Source: Octopus vulgaris
Taxonomy: Eukaryota
NCBI GenBank assembly: GCA_951406725.2
Contig: OX597817.1
Span: 15,066,001-15,130,000 of the forward strand
Direction: 5' to 3'
Length of the DNA: 64,000 nt
The translations under genes and the position numbers were made by a program. The notes beneath the pieces are model-generated. The model was not told where the DNA came from. It worked only from the letters and a program-made list of their open reading frames with translations, and did no database searches. Below, one piece after another: positions 37,591 to 49,106 of this stretch (position 1 is the first letter of the stretch; the number at the start of each line of letters is the position of its first letter).

Positions 37591-37915
37591 TGAAAGGATT
37601 TACTATTTGTTGATTGAGAAGATAAAAAGTGACTGCTGATAGCATTTCAGACAAAATTCTGTAGCAGCAACACATGCAGTGTGGTATCATTTCCATCGAA
37701 AATTGACTCAAGCTGTTTAGGTATGTGAAACTTCTTGAGCATAAAAGGATGTACATTTTCTCTGAAAAATTCATGTCAATATTTAGTTCACCAAGGAGAA
37801 TAGAAATTGGATGTTGCTAGATTGGCAATAAATCTTGTGGTTCAATGAGTTAAAATTTAATTTGTTCAGCTTTGATATCTGAGTGTATATTCTACATCAC
37901 AAATTTCATAAATAA

Positions 37916-38210
37916 GCGTGGCCGTTGCCAGCGCCGCCTTGGCTGGATTCCGTGCCGGTGGCACGTTAAAAGCTCCAACCGATCGTGGCCGATGCCAGAC
38001 CTCCCCTGGCACTTGTGCAGGTGGCACGTAAAAAGCACCCAGTACACTCGCGGAGTGGTTGGCATTAGGAAGGGCATCCAGCTGTAGAAACTCTGCCAGA
38101 TCAGACTGGAGCCTGGTGCAGCCCCTGGCTTCCCAGACCTCGGTCGAACCGTCCAACCCGTGCTAGCGCGGAAAACGGACGTTAAACGATGATGATGATG
38201 ATGATGATGA
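37916..38210 (+). mobile_element. RTE 3' UTR copy
   Basis: Same units and (GAT)n tail. Confidence 0.8.
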
Positions 38211-38219
38211 AGCATTTAA

Positions 38220-38600
38220 GGATGGTAATGTCATGGTTTGAAGTTATATATCTGGAAAAGGTGGGAGTGTGCTATAGATCAGATTAAGAACATCATGAAT
38301 GGTACAACTTATCTGGAGATCCTGGAGAGTAATTTGGGCCAGTTGTGGATTTTTCAGCATTACAATCACTTAGAGCATACTACAAGAATGACCAAGAAAT
38401 TAATCAAAATGAGAAAAATTTGAATGCTGCTGTGGCCAACACAATCCCAGGATTTAAAACTGAGAGAAAGCATATGGAATTGGGTTGACATGAATATTCA
38501 ACACAAAAAAAAGACAAAAAATCCAAAGAATTGAGTGAATTGTATGGACTATATTGTAAAACAATACCTCATAGATGTCATTTGATTTTGAGAAATTTCA
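38220..38600 (+). mobile_element. Tc1-like transposase remnant
   Basis: GNVMV*, IKNIMNGTTYLEILE, WIFQHYN..EHT and WPTQSQDLK.RE.IW correspond to the Tc1 motifs GG.VMVW, FQQDNDPKH and WPSQSPDLNPIE. Confidence 0.75.
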
Positions 38601-38812
38601 AATAGCCAAGTGTTAGTGCCATATAAATTTGTCTTGATAGTTAAGGCATGTGTTCTGTTTTGTCATATATGCTCTAAATGTTCTTCAATTCAGTGACTTC
38701 ATTTTGTGGAATTATTGATACTGTTAATAACTGCATGAAGCTCATTTAAAATGTTCATTTTTAAACTTATTTACAAGAGTAAAAAATTCTCATTATATTC
38801 ATGTATAGTTAA

Positions 38813-39033
38813 CCCTTTCATTACCAACCTGGCTGAAACCGGCTCTGGCTCTGCAGTACAAATGTCTTGTTTCCATAAGTTTTGAATTAATATCTTCCAC
38901 CAAACCTTAGTCACAATTTATGTTCCTAACACTGGCTGAATGATAACTAAGTTATTTTACTAAATTCTTTGTTATATTTAAAGTCATTGAAAGAAACACA
39001 GAGCATTTCAAAAGAAATACGGTAACGAAAGGG
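38813..39033. mobile_element. TTAA-flanked MITE family 1, 221 bp
   Basis: TTAA|CCCTTTC...GAAAGGG|TTAA. Confidence 0.85.
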
Positions 39034-39212
39034 TTAAAGTCATAAGAGATTAAATAAATTAAATGGAGTAATTAATATTAATCATCAGTATACTCTTGAC
39101 CTTGAATTAAGTTATGCTACCTTTTGTACACCCTCACACACACACACATACATACATGTATGTATATAGCTATCAATCATTTAACAATTCTTTATCAATT
39201 TTCTTTTTACAG

Positions 39213-39263
39213 CGAGAAAGTCGGCGAAAGAATAATGCAACAAAGATAAAAAATACTGAATGA
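39213..39263 (+). CDS. CMC2: CMC2 terminal coding exon (RESRRKNNATKIKNTE*)
   Basis: Strong acceptor TTTTCTTTTTACAG; phase 0 fits exon 2; the basic RExRRKNN segment suits the CMC2 C-terminal helix; AATAAA at 39609-39614. Total product 67 aa. Confidence 0.75.
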   Translation, partial: RESRRKNNATKIKNTE

Positions 39264-39769
39264 AACAAGGAAAGTGTTGCAACTGAGAAGGAAAAATGAA
39301 ATGCAAAAAACATTCGAGAATTAATTTATATCAGTTTGGTGTTGAAGTTTAGAGAGGGTCAGTTTGTTATTTGCTATAATAACTGATTAAGTGATAAAAA
39401 TGAGATAAGTTTCTTGTAATGGCTAGTATGCCTGATATTTTGAGAGGCTGGCATTATGGTATGATATATTCTCAGTGACCTGCTACTTAATCGCAGTTCT
39501 TTGTAGAAACTATTTACATTGCTACTTTTTTTTTATACCTGTCTCTGAAAGCAATATATATGATATTATTAAAACAGGACCCTATTTTGTCTCTTAAAAG
39601 AAAAAGAGAATAAAATTGAAAAGATTTGAATTATGTTCACTGTGAGTTAGACAAAATTATGGAAAACAAACCTGTTTCTCTATCTTTTGTTTTCTCTCTC
39701 ATTTTCTTTTTACTGTAATTTAACACAATCTTTCCATGTTGGCTTGTGTTGATGCATCTGAAAGTTTGG

Positions 39770-40960
39770 ATATACCTATCAATGTTAGGAGAAAAGTATG
39801 GGTGGAGGAAAGGAAAGATGGTTATAAAAAGGAAAAGTAACCATAAAAATAGATGAAGGCTAGAAGGAGGAAAGCTAGAAGACGAGAGAGAAAAGAAAGT
39901 TTCAGGTGAAACAATATCAGGTGTCTGTACATATATGTAATGTTTTCCAGTTGTATAGTTGGTACTTTTTAAAGTATCTACATTTCTTGAATATTTCTGA
40001 TCTGATGTTTATGAAGATTTTTGAGGATTTCCCTCTTTTCTGCTATGCACAAGTCACATCTTTGCTTTCAATTTTGTAAGGCCTAGGTCATATTGCACAG
40101 ACCCTACAATAAAATTAAAGGCTGCATACTTGAGCAGAAACCCTAATATGTGTCCAACAAACAAATTGAACATTTTAGAAACAGTAACTTATGAATCAGA
40201 AGTTACTTCTCCAGACTCCAACCTAGTTGAAATACACAAACATTTACATAAACACAACAAGAAACATTTAAAAAACATTTACAAATCCTCCTTTAAACAT
40301 AAATAAAAAGAACATTACAAAAGGACTGACTATATTTGTAAACTAAAAGAAACAGTTTTGGACTATAGTAAATGAAAAAACCTGGAATGATCCAGAATTT
40401 GTCAAATTAGAAGTAAAAGATGTGACTTGTGCACAGCAGAGAAGTAGAGAATTTTCAAAGTCTTTCCTAAACAAGGCTTCAATTTAAATATCATATTTGA
40501 GAAATACAGACATTTAAAAAAATACCCTATTATGTAACTGGAAAATACTGTCTTCACTGGACCAAAACCACATATATGCACAAATACCTGATATTGTTTC
40601 ACCTGAAACTTTATTTACTTTTCCTCTTTCAGTTTTTCTCCTATCTATCATTCACCTTTAATCTTATATTTACTTTTCCTTTCTATATTTAACCCTTTTG
40701 TTACCAACTCGGCTGAAACCGGCTCTGGCATTGTAGTACAAATATCTTGTTTTCATAAGTTTTGAATTAAAATCTTCTGCCAAACCTTAGTCACAATTTA
40801 CGTTCCCAACACTAGCTTAATGATAACTAAGTTATTTTACTAAATTCTTTGTTATATTTAAAGTAATTGAAAGAAACACAGAGCATCTCAACAGAAATAT
40901 GGTAACAAAAGGGTTAATTTCCCCTGCCCCACCCTTATTTCTCTCTCCCAGTATTGACTA
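39770..40960. mobile_element. Old Penelope-like remnant with inverted terminal duplication
   Basis: About 39897-40078 is inverted at about 40403-40610, and the outer flanks also pair loosely. The + strand encodes YKSSFKH and SKRCDLCTAEK, resembling PLE GIY-YIG C-termini. Confidence 0.5.
40693..40913. mobile_element. TTAA-flanked MITE family 1, 221 bp
   Basis: TTAA|CCCTTTTGTTACC...GGTAACAAAAGGG|TTAA. Confidence 0.85.
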
Positions 40961-41098
40961 AGCTTAATTCATTTTAATCATTTAATTCTGTTTGGTTTTA
41001 TATCATCTTCAAACAATTTACAATGTATTTTTTTCAGCGACTTTGCAATCATAATTATGGAGATATATAACTCATAACCCTTCAAGAAAAGTTATTTA

Positions 41099-41787
41099 GG
41101 ATCTTTACTTTTTGACCGGCAGTTTTAGAAAATAATTTTTGTAACTAAACACTTTCAAACTTTGTATACTGGTAGAATGTGTCATATAAAACATCTTTTA
41201 CTGTTAGTGTTTTTGGAGAAAAGTTTATATTTAGGAAGTTATTTCATGTTAAAGTTATCGTATTTCGGAAATTTCAGCCATCCGCTGAATAAAATTACTG
41301 CCGTTGTTTGTCAACAACAACTTCCGGTGGTGTATATTTCGTTTGTCATTGTGATTTATGACATATTTCGTCTCAGTTACGTTTGTATGAATAAACGGGT
41401 GTATCTGAAGCAGGTTTACTTCATGACACCACCATAATCGTTCGTGCTTCATTTTTTATTTTTTCCGTATCTCTAACCCTAAAACCAGTACAAACGCATG
41501 AACGATGTCATAAATAACAGTGACAAACGAAATATACACCGCCGATAGTTGTTGTTGGCAAACAACGGCAGTAATTTTATTCAGCTGAATACACGTCATT
41601 GATTGGTTGAAATTACCGATACATGACAACTTTAAAATGAAATAACTTTGTAAATATAAATTTTTCTCATAAGCGCTAAGAGTAAAAGATATTTTATATG
41701 ACACATTCTACCAGTATACGAAGTTTGAAAGTGTTTAGTTACAAAAAATCATTTTCTAAATCAGCTGGTCAAAAAAGGTAAAAATCT
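41099..41787. mobile_element. Fold-back MITE with about 265-bp TIRs (Merlin-like by termini)
   Basis: GGATCTTT...AAAAATCT termini; 8-bp TSD GTTATTTA (41091-41098, 41788-41795); arms pair inward to about 41364/41505. Confidence 0.8.
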
Positions 41788-42054
41788 GTTATTTACCTTA
41801 AAAATAGGAGTTCGAAAAAATACTTTTTTTTAAAGGTATTTCTCATTTTCTCAAAACATATGGATACAATGCCAGAAGGCCCAAACCATAAAATCAATGG
41901 TAACCAGCATTGCTTTATAAATACATTATTCTGCATATCTGTATCAAGTACTATATGTTTTTAATTATTCATCAAACATGATATATGATATACAAGCATT
42001 ATACATATATATCCCTTGTCATTCTGTTGATAACATTGGAACAAAAGGCTATCT

Positions 42055-42438
42055 GGGAAGCACTCCATCGGTTACAACGATGAGGGTTCTGGTTGATCCG
42101 AATCAACGGAACAGCCTGCTCGTGAAATTAACGTGTAAGTGGCTGAGCACTCCACAGACACGTGTACCCTTAACGTAGTTCTCGGGGATATTCAGCGTGA
42201 CACAGAGAGTGACAAGGCCGGCCCTTTGAAATACAGGTACAACAGAAACAGGAAGTAAGAGTGAGAGAAAGTTGTGGTGAAAGAGTACAGCAGGGTTCGC
42301 TACCATCCCCTGCCGGAGCCGCGTGGAGCTTTAGGTGCCTTCGCTCAATAAATACTCACAACGCCCGGTCTGGGAATCGAAACCGCGATCCTATGACCAC
42401 GAGTCCGCTGCCCTAACCACTGGGCCATTGCGCCTCCA
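42055..42438 (-). mobile_element. SINE family D
   Basis: TSD ACAAAAGGCTATC. Confidence 0.9.
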
Positions 42439-42654
42439 CAAAAGGCTATCAGTGTTGTGCAGTAAAGACCCTTTTGTTTGTAGGGTACAAGGTAACCTCA
42501 TTAGTGCTAGTACCATGATAAAATGCACCCAATACAGTCTGTGAAGTGGTTGTAGAATGTGCAAAGAAAACGTTGAGAGGGTTCTTTAGTGTTGTCAAAG
42601 GTATGACAATGTTTTTAATGCTGGTGTGATAATAAAACACACCTGGTACACTCT

Positions 42655-43030
42655 TATGAAGAAAGGCTGAAGACGCTCGACCTTTATTCTCTAGAAAAAC
42701 GCCGCCACTGTGGTGATCTCATTCTCGCTCACAACATCATAAGCGGAAAGTGTAACCTCTCAAAAGAGCTGTTCTTCACTCCTGCTCCAGAGCGTCGGCT
42801 GCGGGGTCATTCCGAAAAGCTCTATCTGCGACGATTTCATCTCAATCGAAGGAGAGGAGCTTTCTCCGTCCGGGTTGCGGATCCGTGGAACAAGCTGCCA
42901 GACGAGATGGTGAAGATGCCGACGACCGATTTGTTCAAAGTCTCCCTTGACCTCAAGTGGCCTGAACTCTACATGAACACCACCCTGTACATAACTCCAT
43001 GTCCCCCTACATGGCCTTGCTTTTTGAGCC
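42655..43030 (+). mobile_element. CR1/L2-type LINE 3' end (different subfamily)
   Basis: YEERLKTLDLYSLEKRRHCGDLI...RGHSEKL...AFSVRVADPWNKLP. Confidence 0.75.
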
Positions 43031-43822
43031 AAACAATTAACTAACTCTGTTAAATGGTTGTTCTAGAAATGCCATCCAACCAGAGAAACCAAGCCAAAAA
43101 TGAAGTTATGGTCATCTGCCCTGTCTAGTCAGGCAATAAATTTGAATAAAAATAACTAAAAAATTGAAAAAAACCTTAATCCCTATCCATCCTTCTTATT
43201 TGTCTAAAGAAAGCTGGAAAAAAGCTGGCCCTAGACTGGAGACCATTCCCAAATGTTTGCAACAGAGTGGTTGATACTAAATGCATCCAGGAATCATGGG
43301 GGGTGATAAAGTGGATGATGAATAAGTTCATCACCCAAGAATAGGGACAGTCCCTCTGGTGTACTTTTTACACAATTTCTGTCTACAAAGTGTCACTTAC
43401 AAAGCTTTGGTCAACCTGAAACTATGGTAGAAGACACTTGCCCAAGATGTAAACAAATCTGATCGCTTTACAAAGACACAGACATGGTAATATGTCTTTT
43501 TGAGCCAGCAGTTTTAGTAGGAGGGAGTAGTCAATTATATCAACCCCAGTGCTCAACTGGTACTTTATCAACCCTGAAAAGATGACAAAGTCAACCTGAA
43601 GTCAGAATGTAAAGAACTGGAAGAAATGCTGCTAAGCATTTTATCTAAAACAGTAACAGTTCTACCAGCTTGGTACCTTTGTGGCGGTAATAACAATAGC
43701 ATTAGTAGTATGATTAATTGAAAGCAACATTAGGATTTGCTATACACTGCATTTATTGTTGTCTAAATCTGTGTTACATTCTTTGGAGTGTTTCTTTATA
43801 TAAATTCAGTTGTCAGATACCT

Positions 43823-44044
43823 ATTTCTTTACTACCCACAAGGGGCTTAACAGAGAGGGGACAGACAAACAGATTAAGTCGATTACATCGACCCCAGTGC
43901 ATAACTGGTACTTAATTTATCGACCCCGAAAGGATGAAAGGCAAAGTCAACCTCGGCAGAATTTGAACTCAGAACGTAGCGACAGACGAAATACGGCTAC
44001 GTATTTCGCCCGGCGTGCTAACGTTTCTGCCAGCTCGCCGCCTT
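43823..44044 (-). mobile_element. SINE family B
   Basis: TSD TTGTCAGATACC. Confidence 0.9.
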
Positions 44045-44100
44045 TTGTCAGATACCAACAATCAAAACTTCAGCTCTTTATTTAATTATTTAATATTTAA

Positions 44101-45325
44101 TCAGCTGAAAAGTTCATAGGCTGATCAAGATACTCTTGTGGAGTGTGACCAAATGAGATTTTATTTTTCAACATAGTCCCCTTTGCAGTTTCCACACTTC
44201 CTCCATTAGTGTTGCAGTGCTTGGATCCGTTTGATGAAGAAGCTTTCATCCTGTCGGTCAAATAAGTCATAAATGGAAGATATGATTTCTTCATCACTGC
44301 AATGATGGTTCCCAGCCAAGTGTTTTTTCATGTTAGTCCGATGGGGCTAAATCAAGTGATCAACCAGGTCAAAGCCCCAGTCATGCACAGCGGCCATTGA
44401 AACCAAGGACTTGTGTGCTGGAGTCTTGTCCTGATGAAACAAGATGCCTTTTGTCAGTTTTTCTGAGCGTTCGGTTTTGATAACCTTTTGTAACTGCCTC
44501 AGTAGGTTGGCATAGTACTCTTCATTGATGGTGTATCCCTTTTGAAGATAGTCAATAAAACACAATGTCTTTTGCATCCCAAAAAACAGGCCATCGTCTT
44601 CCCTGCAAGATGAAATGACATTGGCCTTCTTTGGAACAGGTGTATTGCCTCTTTGTCTCTGGCTCAAGGTGATGAAAAAAAACACTCTTCCTGGTTTTGG
44701 AAACATCCAAGGAAAGCAGCTGGATCTGCCTCGGACAATGTCAGATTTTCCCGTGATGTGATCAGCCTGGTGCATTTTGTAGGAAGACTTTGCAGGGACT
44801 TTCATCATGTCAAATTCGTTGCACAGAATATTCTCGACTCTCTCACAAGATATGCTAATAGCATAGTCAATCGCTTGCCATCCATCACAATGTGGTGAAC
44901 ACAATCAATGATTTCCTTGGTGGTGGGCAGTTGCACTACGTCCAAACCTTGAGTCAACTTCAAGACTTTCCCTTCCCCTCCTAAATTCAGCTACCTACTT
45001 TTGCACTGTTGATAAAGGTGGAGTGTCACTCCATAATGTAGCAAGCATGTTAATATGAATGTCCTTATGAATGAAAGCAGGGGTGGGGTCTAAATTATTT
45101 TTCTGCAGGTATTTGATAACACCATGATGCCAAATTTTGTCCATTTTCAAGAGAATCTCCTATTAGTTACTTTTGAAGCTTTCTTTGAACAGTCAGATGG
45201 CAGTTTATCAAGAATGAAATAATGCAGTTATTAAGAAGATGGGTTGAAATTAATGCAAGTAAGATTTCACAGCTCTAGTATCACTCCTTCATAGTTAGCC
45301 TATGAACTTTTCAGCCATCCTTGTA
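44101..45325 (-). mobile_element. Mariner DNA transposon, near full length, defective
   Basis: TIR core GCTGAAAAGTTCATAGGCT at 44104-44122, inverted at 45297-45315; ORF 44347-44904 has FIDYLQKGYTINEEYYANLL and FHQDKTPAH. Confidence 0.88.
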
Positions 45326-46129
45326 TGCCATATGAATTAAATTAAAAAAATCAGACACTCTAAAAAAATAATCACCTATTATGCAACTGATATTTCTTAA
45401 AGTATCTGAATCCTCCACCTTTCTTTAGAAGAATAAGAAGAAAGTTGGGTGGAGTTTAGTAGTAGGAGTCTAGTATTCAACCGACCATAACAAAAATTGA
45501 AGGCAGCTTTTTCTTTTTTTTATTGAGTATGAGATTGATATATGTTGCTTTGTATGAAAGAAAAGAAATGAAGTATGTTACAATAAAAATAGAGGATCAG
45601 AACGTTGTTAAATTATTTGGTTATGTTGAGCATCTTCTTAATTTAAGCTTTCTTAAACTGAAAGTATAGCAAAGATAGTGAAATGATTTGTGTTGACAAA
45701 GCAATGCAAAGTAAGTGATGAGCAGTCATACAAAATGAATGTGTAATTATATTTCTTACTAGAGTGTTTGATTAAGTTGGACAACATAACCAATAAAACA
45801 AAGGCTTGTGTCTATTGGTGTGGTTTATAGACAGTAGTTAGGACTGAAAATATATCATAGTCTCAGTTTGTGCCTGACTCTGCAATATTTCCTACAATTA
45901 TTAAAACAGTGTCATTGGTGGTGGTTGTAGTAGTGTTAGTTGTAGTTCTTCTAATGTCAGTTTTGCTAAACTGATATGAAGTGGATGTTCTGTAGTGTGA
46001 CTTACTGCTACTCCTTTCAAATCTTTTTCTGTAGGGCACAATATTACCATTATTTCTTCCCATAAGCGGAGCTCTCTGACAATCAGTCATTCCAAATTGA
46101 TACAAAAGTTCATTTTTGTATTGCATTAA

Positions 46130-46350
46130 CCCTTTAGCATTTAAACCGGCCATATCCGGCCAAAAGTATTCTACCTGTTTTTTGTTCAAACTGGCCAGAT
46201 CTGGTCTCTCACACCAGCCCTACAATATTGTTTGAAAAATTAACAGCTACCTCATCAAAATCTCATAGCTACAAGATAATGTCTGATTAGTTCAAGGCAG
46301 TGTGGATAAAAAAGGATTAATTTTGGCAGAATAATGCGAACACTAAAGGG
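46130..46350. mobile_element. TTAA-flanked MITE family 2, 221 bp
   Basis: TTAA|CCCTTTAG...CTAAAGGG|TTAA. Confidence 0.85.
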
Positions 46351-47109
46351 TTAAAGAGAAGGACCAAAATTCCCACTTGAGTCTGAATGGACAACAGCTA
46401 AATAGGGGGCATGTCTGATCTGTGAAGAGAACATGAACCTGTGTTTCTGAAGAAAGTGGTAGTATTTAAATGACTCTTGTGTTTGAGTTGATGGTCCAAT
46501 TTGAACATATTTGGTGCTTTTATACTTTCAAATGAAGAACTTTAATCTTATTTACAGATAGTTTATTTCTATAAAATACAGCACTTTTGAGATTAGTGTG
46601 TGTCTTTAACAACAGTTTATTTTAGAGCTAATTAAAAAATGCAATTTAGAGCTAATTAAAAATGGGGTGCATGGAAAACTGAGATTCCAAACAATAACGT
46701 ATCCATTCCTGATATGTTCTAGCAGATTTGAACATAAATATCTGACCACTGGTATTTTTTGTCAACAAAAAACACCACCTCCCTTTAGGTGATGTGTGTT
46801 CATAACACAATTCATCAGTGTAAGGAGACTTTGTGACGCTAAAGTGTTTTGACCTCATTTTGTGTCTCCTCAGTTGAATCTACTCCACTTGACCAATGCA
46901 TTTCACAAGAACATAAGCCCTTGTTTATGGGAATCAGCAAACAAATGTACACACAGAACAGCAAGAATCCAGACAATAATGTGTCTATTCTTTCTTAATA
47001 ATTCTAGCGAATTCTAATGTAAATATCTGATTGCTGGTTTTCCATTGATGTAAAACACTTCCATTGGACAATGTGTCTTCATGACATATGATCCACTGCT
47101 GTAAATGGA

Positions 47110-47700
47110 CTTTGTGACACTGCAGTTGCAAAGAGAACTTAACCATGCTTGTGCCTAAGATCTCAATTTTACTTATTTTCGCACTTGCACAATCGATATA
47201 ATGTTTTTTTTTTGGAGCATTTCACATCAAGATTGAAGAAATCCTTTGTAAGGGGTTACTGGAACTAACTTGTCTTTCTCAATCCATTCATGACTGCAAT
47301 AACCTTGCATGGGCATCATCATCTCATGAGTTGTATTCCAAATACTTGCTTGCAAGACATTCTTTTTGGGATTCTGGTACAAAATGTTACTCACTGAAGT
47401 ATCCTCTCCTCACCTATGATCTTGTGACAAAACATCTTCATTCTCAGGAAATCGATATTGGAATCATCCATGAAAGATTCAAATCTACATCCCAAACTCT
47501 TTTAGTTGTAATACATGACATGGAGAGTAAGCAACACTTATAACTTCTTCAAGAAGGTATGGAACTTTCTCTTTGTCTTGAAGGAGTATTGCTTTCCCTT
47601 AAACTCACAAGTTAAGCTACCTGATCCATCACTTCAGTATGCTCAACTTACTTGTCTTTCTACCTCTTGGAGCACCCAAACGCTTTGGCCCTGCACAAAC
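47110..47700 (-). mobile_element. Academ-like (XPG-nuclease/Cys-rich) transposon C-terminal remnant
   Basis: Minus frames give NIDFLRMKMFCHK...ERI, SNILYQNPKKNVLQASIW...HEWIEKDKLVPV, and DFFNLDVKCSKK...LCKC...LCNC. Confidence 0.6.
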
Positions 47701-48165
47701 CATTATGCCAAGGACATCCATTAACAGCACCAAGTTAACTTATCTTGGAGGACTTTCAAAGACTTGCAAGTTACATATATATATGTTGGTGCAAACAGGA
47801 AAAATACAATTCAAAATATGAATATATTCTTTTCTATTATTTGTTTCAGTCATTTGACTGCGGCCATGCTGGAGTACCACGTTTAGTCGAACAAATCAAC
47901 CCCAATACTTATTCTTTGTAAGCCTAGTACTTAGCCTATCAGGCTCTTTTGCTATTGATATTTAGCAGAAATAACAGAGTGATTCAAGGTCCAAGGGTTT
48001 CCTGAGTTGGTACTTACTAGTTACAAGTTGAAGGCCTGTGAGTTTATATAGCTGTTGATAAATAAATATATTTTCCTATGGAATGTCTTAGAATGAATTA
48101 TAATAATGTCATGTGGATAATTCAAAAAGTCTGCCCATTATGTTGTTCAATATATATATTTATAA

Positions 48166-48345
48166 GGCAGCGAGCTGGTGGAAACATTGGTAGGCTGGGT
48201 GAAAGGCTTAGCATTATTTCATCTGTCTTTACATTCTGAGTTCAAATTCCGGGTTGATAAATTAAGTACCAGTTGCTTACTGGGATCAATCTAATTGACT
48301 GGCCTCCCTCTCCAAGAATTTCGGGCCTTGTGCCTAGAGTAGGAA
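48166..48345 (+). mobile_element. SINE family B variant with a different tail
   Basis: GGCAGCGAGCTGG head, internal deletion, GGGCCTTGTGCCTAGAGTAG tail as at 50536-50750. Confidence 0.7.
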
Positions 48346-48368
48346 TGATATATATATATATATATATA

Positions 48369-48730
48369 CACAAGCAAAATGCCCCCGTCCAATGGACGGT
48401 GCTCATTTAAACCAAATTTTCTCAAAACTTGTCCGATCATCCCATAGGCCTCCCCTTTGAGAAACACTGATTTAACCTAAATTTGAGACAGCAGCAAAAG
48501 AAGAAATAAAGATAGACTTTTTTCTGTTACAAGAAAAACGATTTTACAAATGCATGTTCCCACAGCTTTATTGATTGCATTCTCACCTGGAATTGATTTT
48601 TGTAATTTTTTCAAGTCTTATACATACCTTGATACTGTCGGTATCTACAAATCAAATTTGAGCGCAATCAGATGGAGGCTGCCCGTGATCCTAGAAGACA
48701 CACAGACAGACAGAATGGATTTTAAATATA
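48369..48730 (+). mobile_element. Possible non-autonomous Helitron/Helentron-like repeat in a TA tract
   Basis: Flanked by (TA)n; 5' hairpin CCGTCCA-A-TGGACGG; (ACAG)n near the 3' end. Confidence 0.35.
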
Positions 48731-49106
48731 ATATATATATATATTTAAATAAAAAATGGGACAAGAACGCAAAACATCCAGAAGACGATACAAAAAACAC
48801 AGACGGGTCATTCAAAGCCTTTAATCTTCAGTCAAGAACTGGATCATCCTCGCAATTTCGGCTGGCTTGAGGGAAAGGAGTGAGAGTCTTTTAATTTCTT
48901 TTCCAGTTTTTGAATGAAATTCAGATTTCTGGTTTTGAGTTTCCTGTGATAAAGTCGTGGAAATTACCCAGAAGTATTGCTAGATTTGTGTTAATAATTT
49001 ACTGGAAGGCATGAAGAATGTGTACCTGAATACAAGCATTCACCTCCTCATGATTGCATTTCCTGCATTGAACACTTGATACTATTCTATATTTTTGAGA
49101 TGAGGA

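Noticed and set aside
39261-39263. Selenocysteine decoding of the CMC2 TGA
   Set aside because: No SECIS-like hairpin recognised downstream, and the position does not align with a conserved Cys.
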